Source of the DNA: a virus
Virus genome (UHGV): UHGV-1376481
Length of the DNA stretch: 36,397 nt
Direction: 5' to 3' (one strand)
Shown: positions 26,495 through 33,789 of the stretch, one piece after another
Numbering within the stretch: the first letter of the stretch is position 1
Layout: each line of letters begins with the position of its first letter
The notes under the pieces: model-generated
Seen by the model: the letters and a program-made list of their open reading frames with translations, nothing else
What the model was told of the DNA's origin: nothing
Databases searched by the model: none
Made by a program: the position numbers and the translations under genes

Positions 26495-26537
26495 GTTATC
26501 TCCTTTCGAATGTATGTTCTTATCGTTGTAAAAGAAA

Positions 26538-26549
26538 AGCCCGAAGGCT
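26538..26549 (-). terminator. weak short GC hairpin (AGCC-CGAA-GGCT) with flanking T-runs between the DUF4041 gene and int
   Basis: 4-5 bp stem only. T-rich on both sides. Confidence 0.25.
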
Positions 26550-26559
26550 AATCTTTTTA

Positions 26560-27849
26560 CTACACATCTGTTAATTCTAATGATCTTCTGTATTGTTCAG
26601 CTTGAGCTAGTTTAGTAAAAGATACAGTTCCGTTATAATTTTCTAAAACAACTTTTTCAATTTCATCAAGAGATACTTTAAAGAATTCTTTTCGTTGATT
26701 AACTTTATTGACTTCGTTTTTTCTAAAATGCGAATGTAGTTGATTTTCTAATGTTGGTGCATCTTCTGAAAATATCATTGCATGAACATCAAATTCAAAA
26801 GGTACAGAAGCGCTACTAAGTTCCTTAATTCTATCCATAGGTTCTAACCGTCTAGTCATTCCTATTTTATAGACATCTTCACCGAAAGATCCGATATTAC
26901 TGATGACATAAACATAGCCAGCTCTAGTATTAAGTTCTCTTTGCAATACATCTTCTTTGACAGTTTCTAGTTCTCTTAATTTCTCTTCCAGTTCTTTAAT
27001 TTTATCAGCATAGAGTTCTTTTTCAACATCAGCACTAGCTTTTTGCATGTATGCCATTAACTTAGTTATCTCTGAGTTAAACTGTCGTTCTTCTTTATCA
27101 ATGCGTTTCTTTTCACGTTCTATTTCACGTCTTACCTTTTCTTCTTCAATCATTTGTTCTTTTATTGCTTTTTGCTGTTCTTTTTCATCGTTAACTTTAA
27201 CTATGTATGAATAGTTGAGTTCTAATTCTTGAAGTTTTAATTCAAGTAATTCTTTTTTGAATTCTGCTTCATCGTTTTTAAAAAGCTTGTTTATTTTATC
27301 AAAAGTTCTTATAATTTTTTCTCTAGTTGAATCTACGTTAGAAATAGTAAGTTTATTGAGAAGTCCAGTTATTTCTGATTCTAATGGTATAAGCATTTTC
27401 TTTTTAATATTATTAGCTTCTCTATTATTCAAATAAGAAGGAATATTAATTGCACCGTCTAAAATAAAATCCTTTTCTTTAATCTTTAATAAAGAAAGTT
27501 TGTTTTTTATTTCGGATGAAGAAGTTTCATCTATATTCGGAATAATTACTGATTTATAGATAGTGACCAGAGATGTGTCATATTTTTGATTAATTTCATC
27601 GTCTAACCGCTGGCTTTCAGCATTAAGAATATCAATTTTGTTTTCTAGCGTTGACAAGTTTTTATTCAATTTACTTATGTTTTTCTCTTTTTCAGATATA
27701 AACGTTTCCCTAGCATTTAATTCTTGAGAATATTCCTTTACCTTACTCTCTAAGGCAGAAGTTTTATCTTTTAATTTTTTAGCTTCAGATAATTTGCTAC
27801 TACCCATAATTATTAAAACTATTCCAACTAAAAACAATAGTACTCCCAT
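26560..27849 (-). CDS. membrane-anchored DUF4041 coiled-coil protein with C-terminal T5orf172 (GIY-YIG-like) domain
   Basis: 429 aa. N-terminal TM segment (LLFLVGIVLIIMG), long KE-rich coiled coil, and a C-terminus GYVYVISN...YKIGMTRRLEPMDRIKELS...PFEFDVHAMI...RKEFF matching the T5orf172/MUG113 signature. Confidence 0.7.
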   Translation of the reverse strand: MGVLLFLVGIVLIIMGSSKLSEAKKLKDKTSALESKVKEYSQELNARETFISEKEKNISKLNKNLSTLENKIDILNAESQRLDDEINQKYDTSLVTIYKSVIIPNIDETSSSEIKNKLSLLKIKEKDFILDGAINIPSYLNNREANNIKKKMLIPLESEITGLLNKLTISNVDSTREKIIRTFDKINKLFKNDEAEFKKELLELKLQELELNYSYIVKVNDEKEQQKAIKEQMIEEEKVRREIEREKKRIDKEERQFNSEITKLMAYMQKASADVEKELYADKIKELEEKLRELETVKEDVLQRELNTRAGYVYVISNIGSFGEDVYKIGMTRRLEPMDRIKELSSASVPFEFDVHAMIFSEDAPTLENQLHSHFRKNEVNKVNQRKEFFKVSLDEIEKVVLENYNGTVSFTKLAQAEQYRRSLELTDV

Positions 27850-27935
27850 TCAAAACGCCTCGCTTCTTTTATAAAATAATTGTCAAAATCATATAAACCC
27901 TTACCGAAGTTGACGGCTCCGGCATGGGAATTTTT

Positions 27936-28640
27936 TTAAAATACAACTTTTCCGATAATTCTAATCTGTTCTGGCGATACAATTCTATCTTCGTATAAGT
28001 CGTTTATAGAACGTAAAATGATTGTTTGATTTTCGTAATCTTTATATATCTCTTTACATGTAACTCCGTCACCACCTAATTCCACAATAGCAATTTCCCC
28101 ATCTTCTACGTCCGGTTGTTCTTTAACGAATACGAATTGTCCATTCCTGATAACAGGTTCCATTGAATCGCCTATAATAGGTACTGCGAAGTCAGCAGCA
28201 CTTGGAACTCTCTCAAATTCTTCCTCTTCGACAACCGTATCACCGTAAGTAAGTTCTGTTGGATTGGCAGCCGAAGCCGAATTGTGAACAGTTGGGATTT
28301 TTTCTTTTTTAGGAAAATCTAGGACATTTTCTTGTTTTTGTTCTTCTAATCGATTACTTGCAAATTCATAGGTAGCAACTTTATTTTCGTCGTTAAGCTG
28401 ATTATATATAGGAAGGATATTATATATCTGATTAGATATAGATAAATCAATATTCATCAAATCATCTATATCAACATTGAATATCTTAGCTATCTCATTT
28501 AAGGTTTTTAATTTTGGTGTATATTTTCCTTTTTCCCATTCGCTTATTGAGGATGAACTTTTTCTTCCTAGTTTTTCGGCTAGTTCTTGTTGATCAATAT
28601 TATACTTTTCTCTAAGAAACTTTAGATTTTCAGCGAACAT
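27936..28640 (-). CDS. cI: CI-like repressor: XRE-type HTH plus S24 (LexA-like) peptidase domain
   Basis: Start at ATG 28640 (SD AAGGAGGTG). N-terminal HTH (QQELAEKLGRKSSSSISEWEKGK) and C-terminal GDSMEP Ser nucleophile. Divergent from cro. Confidence 0.8.
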   Translation of the reverse strand: MFAENLKFLREKYNIDQQELAEKLGRKSSSSISEWEKGKYTPKLKTLNEIAKIFNVDIDDLMNIDLSISNQIYNILPIYNQLNDENKVATYEFASNRLEEQKQENVLDFPKKEKIPTVHNSASAANPTELTYGDTVVEEEEFERVPSAADFAVPIIGDSMEPVIRNGQFVFVKEQPDVEDGEIAIVELGGDGVTCKEIYKDYENQTIILRSINDLYEDRIVSPEQIRIIGKVVF

Positions 28641-28774
28641 AGTAACACCTCCTTGAGTTAATTGTAACACCGTTTCGGAAAAAATGTAACAGGTTTCTTA
28701 GAAAATATTTTAGTGTTTTTAAAGAAGTATTTACGCAAAATAGAAATCGATTTCAGGAAAACTGAAATATGCAC

Positions 28775-28803
28775 TTGACTTCGGAAAAACCGAAGTATAT
28801 AAT
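28775..28803 (+). promoter_or_regulatory. P_R-type promoter TTGACT-17-TATAAT with operator inverted repeat CTTCGG-AAAAA-CCGAAG in the spacer
   Basis: -35 at 28775-28780, -10 at 28798-28803, IR at 28779-28795. A related full copy TTCGGAAAAACCGAA is at 29058-29072 and a half-site TTCGGAAAAAA at 28674-28684. Confidence 0.6.
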
Positions 28804-28839
28804 TTAGTCAGAAAGTTAAAGAGAGGAGGCGAATAAAAT

Positions 28840-29106
28840 ATGGATACCGCGAAGAAAGAAAAATATACATTGAGACAATTAAGAGCTTTAAAGGGTTATT
28901 CAAAAGAAGAACTGTCAAGGAAAAGCAAAGTGACATCAAGAACAATATTTATTTACGAAAACGATGTAGATAAAATGAGGAACGGAAAGTACGCCACTCT
29001 AGAAAAAATTGCTAAGGCATTGGGTGTTAGAGTTTCCGATATTTTTTTAGACCCTGATTCGGAAAAACCGAAATCAATAACAGGTGAAACAAAACAAGTC
29101 AGCTAG
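28840..29106 (+). CDS. cro: Cro-like HTH regulator
   Basis: 88 aa with an XRE-family HTH, divergent from cI. SD GAGAGGAGG. Confidence 0.7.
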   Translation: MDTAKKEKYTLRQLRALKGYSKEELSRKSKVTSRTIFIYENDVDKMRNGKYATLEKIAKALGVRVSDIFLDPDSEKPKSITGETKQVS

Positions 29107-29117
29107 GAGGTGTGAAT

Positions 29118-29277
29118 AGTGGAAGAGAAGAATATAAAAGTACCGACTCTTGAAGAATATACAAAAATTGTTGTCGAAACAGACGAGCAGAACCCGAAAA
29201 CAATCGCAGTTATTACGGCGAATGATATTGAATCATGCGAAGGTTTTCGAGTTCGAATGACCCCTAGATATGATTAA
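29118..29277 (+). pseudogene. frameshifted paralogue of the 29888-30043 small gene (N-part 29118-29225; C-part in +1 frame to 29277)
   Basis: GTG start after AGGAGG. VEEKNIKVPTLEEYTKIVVETDEQNPKTIAVITA then TGA. The +1 frame continues NDIESCEGFRVRMTPRYD*. One extra A at GCGAAATGAT disrupts an otherwise collinear match to copy 2. Confidence 0.4.
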
Positions 29278-29504
29278 TGTTCTTTATCACGTGGAGGTAT
29301 AGGATCGTTTCCAAAACTATCTTTTGATTGTATTTGTCCATTCTTTTTTTGGACAATAAACTCTGATTGCTGTTTTTTAGAAATCTTTTTACCATACTCA
29401 ACAGCATCTGATTTATTATCAAATAGTTTTGTATCTTCGGAATTACCTTCACCACGTACAGCCCATTTGCCATTTCTAGGAGATACCCATTGATTTTTAC
29501 CCAT
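29274..29504 (-). CDS. DUF2188-family small protein (copy 1)
   Basis: 76 aa. The MGKNQWVSPRNGKWAVRGEGNS...GNDPIPPRD signature is paralogous to 30040-30279. Its stop overlaps the plus-strand stop in a shared TTAA. Confidence 0.7.
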   Translation of the reverse strand: MGKNQWVSPRNGKWAVRGEGNSEDTKLFDNKSDAVEYGKKISKKQQSEFIVQKKNGQIQSKDSFGNDPIPPRDKEH

Positions 29505-29575
29505 AACAATTCACCTCGCTTTCAAGTTAATTCTATTAAGAGGTGAAAAGAAAACAAACTGATGGAGGTGAGATT

Positions 29576-29731
29576 GTGAGTAACAAGCCAAAAATCACTT
29601 TGAATGGCACACCTAATCTTCAAAGATTAGCAGATGAAATGGCTAGAATACGTTCTAGACATTGGGGAGTTACTGTGGTGGCAACCATAATTGAACAAAA
29701 AGAAAAGCCCACACAGCCGGCAAGCAAGTAG
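29576..29731 (+). CDS. hypothetical small protein (GTG start)
   Basis: SD GGAGGTG 29564-29570. 51 aa. Divergent from DUF2188 copy 1 across the inverted repeat TTCACCTC/GAGGTGAA (29510-29547). Confidence 0.35.
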   Translation: MSNKPKITLNGTPNLQRLADEMARIRSRHWGVTVVATIIEQKEKPTQPASK

Positions 29732-29775
29732 TGGGCACCATAGAACAATAATATTATATCACACACTCGCCACTT

Positions 29776-29853
29776 CCGAAAAGAGGAGTTGCTGCTCTCC
29801 TTTCAAGTTTGCCAAAGTCCACGTTTCTTCATTTTGGCAACTCCTCTTCTTGG
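29776..29853. repeat. long imperfect inverted repeat (about 17-bp arms, 44-nt loop) in the leader of the 29888 gene
   Basis: CCGAAAAGAGGAGTTGC (29776-29792) pairs with GCAACTCCTCTTCTTGG (29837-29853). The loop carries CTCCTTTCAAGTT, a motif also found at 29519-29528. Confidence 0.35.
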
Positions 29854-29887
29854 AGGTGGTGACGGCGAGAGACGAAGGAGGGATGAC

Positions 29888-30043
29888 ATGAAGGAAGAAT
29901 CAAAAATAGGGATTTTGAATGAGAACAATTACACAAGATTAATTATTGAAACAGAAGAAGGGGAAAAAGTAGCAGAAGTTACATTGACCGATGCAACTCC
30001 TGCTGACGGTTATCGTATTCGATTAACTCCTAAATATGATTAA
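29888..30043 (+). CDS. small conserved protein (51 aa, ends RIRLTPKYD), intact copy
   Basis: ATG after AGGAGGG. Paralogous to the frameshifted 29118-29277 locus. Convergent with DUF2188 copy 2, with a TTAA stop overlap. Confidence 0.5.
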   Translation: MKEESKIGILNENNYTRLIIETEEGEKVAEVTLTDATPADGYRIRLTPKYD

Positions 30044-30279
30044 CCTTTTGGTGGGTGTGGATCGTTTCCGTGACTATCACGGCTTTGAATTTTTCCATCT
30101 CTGCCATGAATAAATAGCTCAGATCCTTGATTTTTAGAAATCTCTCTAGCGATTTTTACTGCTTCTGATTTTGTATTAGTATGTGCAGTCGCTTTAGAAT
30201 TTCCAGCACCTTTGACATTCCAACCACCATTGGAATTAGGTACAACATGTTGATTTTTTCCCATAGTTTTCACCTCCAT
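30040..30279 (-). CDS. DUF2188-family small protein (copy 2)
   Basis: 79 aa. MGKNQHVVPNSNGGWNVKGAGNS...GNDPHPPKG. Confidence 0.7.
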   Translation of the reverse strand: MEVKTMGKNQHVVPNSNGGWNVKGAGNSKATAHTNTKSEAVKIAREISKNQGSELFIHGRDGKIQSRDSHGNDPHPPKG

Positions 30280-30341
30280 TTCTATAGAAATATTTTATCA
30301 AATAGAAATGGAGAAATTCAATAAACGAAAGGAGGGATCAA

Positions 30342-30470
30342 ATGACATTACAAGAGCATCAACACTTGATGCGAAAACTAAATCAGGAATACCACGAGGA
30401 AATGAAACCTAGATTGCTAGGGGAACAATGGCGTGAACGCCAGAAGAAGTGGTTAGAAATAAAAAAGTGA
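30342..30470 (+). CDS. small ORF (42 aa, basic, MTLQEHQHLMRKLNQEYHEEMKPRLLGEQWRERQKKWLEIKK)
   Basis: ATG after AAAGGAGGGA. The palindromic TTTCTATAGAAA / CCATTTCTAT..ATAGAAATGG cluster (about 30270-30310) lies in the divergent region upstream. Confidence 0.3.
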   Translation: MTLQEHQHLMRKLNQEYHEEMKPRLLGEQWRERQKKWLEIKK

Positions 30471-30530
30471 CTCAGCCGTCCAAAGCAATGAGTCACAAAC
30501 CAAAAATTATACCTAAGGAGATTTTATCAC

Positions 30531-30866
30531 ATGAATAAGAAAATTGAAAATCTTATCGAAGAATTGAAACGTGAATGCCAAAAGCAAGGTGTTTCTATTA
30601 TTTGTACAGCCCAAAAAGAAGGGGAACTTAAAAGTCTCGTTTATGGTGAGACAACAGAAATTTTACTTTGTCTTGCTATGCAAGAAGAACATTTAGATGA
30701 AAATCTCCCATTGTCAGCACATATTATGCGTAGAATTGCTGTGGATGCTTACGAACAAGCGAAAAATGAAGAAGAAAATCAACCTTCAAATCATACTTTT
30801 GTTATTAATAACAAGGAAGATTTAGCTGATGTGATGACTCGTATTCTCAAGGGGGAATTTCAATGA
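30531..30866 (+). CDS. hypothetical protein
   Basis: 111-aa ORF with an AAGGAG SD. Confidence 0.45.
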   Translation: MNKKIENLIEELKRECQKQGVSIICTAQKEGELKSLVYGETTEILLCLAMQEEHLDENLPLSAHIMRRIAVDAYEQAKNEEENQPSNHTFVINNKEDLADVMTRILKGEFQ

Positions 30867-31030
30867 TGAATGAAAAAACAATTGATCTACTCATTATTTT
30901 ATTTTTCACGTTAGTGATTGTAGCGAAAAGTTATGTAATCTTTGGCTTGTTATTCGCAATTACCATGCTTGTGCTTTGCGTGTTAGCAAGCAGAAAAGAG
31001 GTTAAACATGAACGAGTTAGCAAATCTTGA
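30863..31030 (+). CDS. small two-TM membrane protein (55 aa)
   Basis: ATG overlaps the upstream stop (ATGATG). LLIILFFTLVIVAKSYVIFGLLFAITMLVLCVLA. Confidence 0.3.
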   Translation: MMNEKTIDLLIILFFTLVIVAKSYVIFGLLFAITMLVLCVLASRKEVKHERVSKS

Positions 31031-31098
31031 CAACTATTTAACTGATCCTGATTATGCTAAACCACCATATGAAGCGCCAATTGATGAGGAGGATGAAG

Positions 31099-32040
31099 AT
31101 GAGTAAATCTACCTTAGAAATGAGCCATCAAGAATGGCTCGAAGACCGCAAAAGAGGTATTGGTGGCTCAGATGTTGCAACCGTACTTGGATTAAACAAA
31201 TACAAATCTCCTTATCAATTGTGGCTTGAGAAAACGGGTCAAATTGAATTGAAAGATTTAGAAAGCGAACCAGCTTATTGGGGTAATGTTTTAGAAGAAG
31301 TGGTTGCTAAAGAGTTTCAGGAACGTACAGGCAAAAAAGTACGCAGAAGAAACCAAGTATTTGAACATCCATTACATCCATTTTTAAGAGCAAATATTGA
31401 TCGGGAAGTAGTGGGAGAAAATGCCATTCTGGAATGTAAAACAGCCAATCAATTTCTCGGAAAAGAGTGGGAAGGTGAAGAGGTACCGCTTAGCTATCTC
31501 TGTCAAGTTCAGCATTACATGAACGTTTTAAACAAAGACTATTGTTATATCGCTGTTTTGATCGGTGGACAAAAATTCATTTGGAAGCGGATTGAACGAG
31601 ATCAAGAGCTGATCGATACAATCACTGAACAATTAGTAGAGTTTTGGGAAACGAACGTTCTTGGAGGTATCGAGCCTGTAATTGACGGAAGTGGAGCGAC
31701 TGCTGACTTCTTAAAAGAAAAATATGCAGATGTAGAAGAAAATCAAACAGCTCTACCATCACGTTTTGATGAACTTATCGAGCAAAAAAGAGAACTCAAG
31801 CGGACGAAAAAAGAAATTGAATCATCTATTCGTCAAGTAGACAACGAGATCATCAGTGAGCTAGGTAAACGTGAAGCCAGTATCGGTATCACACAAAGAA
31901 ACATTATCAGCTGGAAACTTGTTCGTACAAGACGGATGAACACGAAGAAACTAGCAGAGAAATATCCAGATGTCGCAAATGATGAAGAGATTTATAACGT
32001 TACTGAATCAAGAAGGCTAACCGAAAAGGAGATCAAATAA
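31099..32040 (+). CDS. YqaJ-like recombination exonuclease (lambda Exo-like PD-(D/E)XK)
   Basis: Start ATG 31099 after GAGGAGG. WLEDRKRGIGGSDVATVLGLNKYKSPYQLW is the hallmark YqaJ N-terminus. Immediately upstream of recT. Confidence 0.7.
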   Translation: MSKSTLEMSHQEWLEDRKRGIGGSDVATVLGLNKYKSPYQLWLEKTGQIELKDLESEPAYWGNVLEEVVAKEFQERTGKKVRRRNQVFEHPLHPFLRANIDREVVGENAILECKTANQFLGKEWEGEEVPLSYLCQVQHYMNVLNKDYCYIAVLIGGQKFIWKRIERDQELIDTITEQLVEFWETNVLGGIEPVIDGSGATADFLKEKYADVEENQTALPSRFDELIEQKRELKRTKKEIESSIRQVDNEIISELGKREASIGITQRNIISWKLVRTRRMNTKKLAEKYPDVANDEEIYNVTESRRLTEKEIK

Positions 32041-32041
32041 T

Positions 32042-32932
32042 ATGGCAACAAATGAATCGTTAAAAAATCAATTGGCAGAAAAGCCACAGAAACAAGTTGC
32101 ACCAGGACAGTTAGGGCTTAAAGCTCTAATGAATACACCAACAATGAGAAAGAAATTTGAAGAAGTACTTCATGACAATGCTAATGCTTTTATGTCGAAT
32201 GTTATGACTCTTGTATCTAATGACAGTTATCTTGCAGATAGTGAACCGATGTCTATCATGAGTGGTGCGTTAACTGCTGCAACATTAAATCTTGGGCTAG
32301 ATAAGAATTTAGGTTATGCATATTTAGTTCCATTCAATAGTAAAAACAAGCAAACAGGAAAATGGGAAAAGAAAGCTCAATTCATGCTTGGCTATAAAGG
32401 ATATATCCAATTAGCCCAACGATCAGGTAAATACAAAGCATTAAATGTGATCGAAGTTTACGAAGGAGAACTAAAAAGCTGGAACCGACTGACAGAAGAG
32501 TTTGAGTTTGATCCAAATGGTAGAACGTCTGATGAAATCATTGGATATGTTGGCTATTTCGAGTTACTGAATGGATTCAAAAAAACTGTCTATTGGACCA
32601 AACAAGAAATCGAAGCTCATCGGATTGCTAACAATAAAGATCGCGATAAGACAAAGTTAAGTGGTGTGTGGGCATCTGATTACAATGCAATGGCACGAAA
32701 AACTGTTTTGAGAAATCTTCTTTCTAAATGGGGAATCTTGTCCATCGAAATGCAAGAAGCCACCACATCGGATGAGAGAGTCCAAAGGGTTCAAGAAGAC
32801 GGCAGCATTATTGCTGAAACAGAAGTTGAAGAAGATATTCCTGAAAGAAAAGAAGCAGAGGTTATATCTGAAGAAAATGAAGATGTACAAACTGGATTAT
32901 TTGATGCATCTAATCCGCCGTTAAACAAATAA
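32042..32932 (+). CDS. recT: RecT-family single-strand annealing protein
   Basis: 296 aa with the characteristic RecT core and an acidic C-terminal tail. Pairs with the YqaJ exonuclease. Confidence 0.7.
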   Translation: MATNESLKNQLAEKPQKQVAPGQLGLKALMNTPTMRKKFEEVLHDNANAFMSNVMTLVSNDSYLADSEPMSIMSGALTAATLNLGLDKNLGYAYLVPFNSKNKQTGKWEKKAQFMLGYKGYIQLAQRSGKYKALNVIEVYEGELKSWNRLTEEFEFDPNGRTSDEIIGYVGYFELLNGFKKTVYWTKQEIEAHRIANNKDRDKTKLSGVWASDYNAMARKTVLRNLLSKWGILSIEMQEATTSDERVQRVQEDGSIIAETEVEEDIPERKEAEVISEENEDVQTGLFDASNPPLNK

Positions 32933-32974
32933 TGAGGGAGCTTTCTCCCTTGCTTTTCTAGAGGAGAAATACGA

Positions 32975-33775
32975 ATGAACACAGGATATGTCAAATTACA
33001 TCGAAAAGTGATGAATTCATTCGTTTGGACCAATCCTTATATGTATAAATTATGGAGCTTGTGTTTGATGAAAGCGAGTCATGAGAATCGCAAGATACTT
33101 TTTAATGGAAAAGAGATACAAGTGAACAGCGGAGAATTCGTCACAGGGCGCGATGCTATCACATCTGAGATGAACGAAGGCGTGAAACGTGAACATCAAG
33201 TGAACAGCGGTTCTGTATGGAGATGGCTAAAACAATTTGAAAAAAACGGAATGTTGAACATCAAATCAACTACGAAATACAGCGTTATATCAATAAAAAA
33301 CTGGTCTTTGTACCAAAGCAGTGAACAACAAATGAACATCAAACGCACAACAAGTGAACAACAAGTGCACACAAACAAGAATGAAAAGAATTATAAGAAT
33401 GAAAAGAATAATAAAACATCATCGTCGCAACCACGCAAAAAGCGTGTTTACGACACCGACTCAGTTTACTACATTCTCGCGGAGGAGTTATTCAAACAGA
33501 TTTGTCAGAATCAGGAAATCAAAAAGCCGAATCTGCAAAGTTGGGCAGATAACATTCGGAAAATGATCGAGATCGACAAGCGGACCGAAAACCAGGTACG
33601 GGGAATGATTGAATGGAGTCAGCACAATGTGTTTTGGGCATCGAATATTTTATCTGCTAAAAAATTGCGAGAAAAATACGACACAATGGCAGCGCAAGCA
33701 AATCGTGATTATAAAACAAAACAAACTAAAACGCTTGAATACGAGAAATTTAGCACAGATGAGTTGCCTATTTGA
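32975..33775 (+). CDS. phage replisome organizer / replication initiator (N-terminal Phage_rep_org_N-like)
   Basis: N-terminus YVKLHRKVMNSFVW...LWSLCLMKASHEN. Internal DNA iterons. A DnaC-like loader gene follows. Confidence 0.55.
   Translation: MNTGYVKLHRKVMNSFVWTNPYMYKLWSLCLMKASHENRKILFNGKEIQVNSGEFVTGRDAITSEMNEGVKREHQVNSGSVWRWLKQFEKNGMLNIKSTTKYSVISIKNWSLYQSSEQQMNIKRTTSEQQVHTNKNEKNYKNEKNNKTSSSQPRKKRVYDTDSVYYILAEELFKQICQNQEIKKPNLQSWADNIRKMIEIDKRTENQVRGMIEWSQHNVFWASNILSAKKLREKYDTMAAQANRDYKTKQTKTLEYEKFSTDELPI
33110..33400. repeat. iteron cluster inside the replisome-organizer gene (candidate ori)
   Basis: AGTGAACAGCGG x2 (about 33122 and 33198), GTGAACAACAA x2, ATGAACATCAAA(C/T) x2, and AAGAATGAAAAGAAT x2. 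Confidence 0.4.
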
Positions 33776-33789
33776 GAGGAGGCGTAGGC

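Noticed and set aside
29264-29509. 81-aa minus-strand ORF in the other frame over DUF2188 copy 1
   Set aside because: It is in an alternative frame to the paralogue-supported DUF2188 ORF (29274-29504).
29543-30043. Long forms of ORFs 29543-29731 and 29789-30043
   Set aside because: The upstream extensions lack an SD and run through the structured inverted-repeat region. The SD-preceded internal starts 29576 and 29888 are preferred.
30467-30496. Stem-loop GTGACTCA-(14 nt)-TGAGTCAC after the 42-aa ORF
   Set aside because: No U-tract and a large loop. Possibly regulatory, but not supportable as a terminator.
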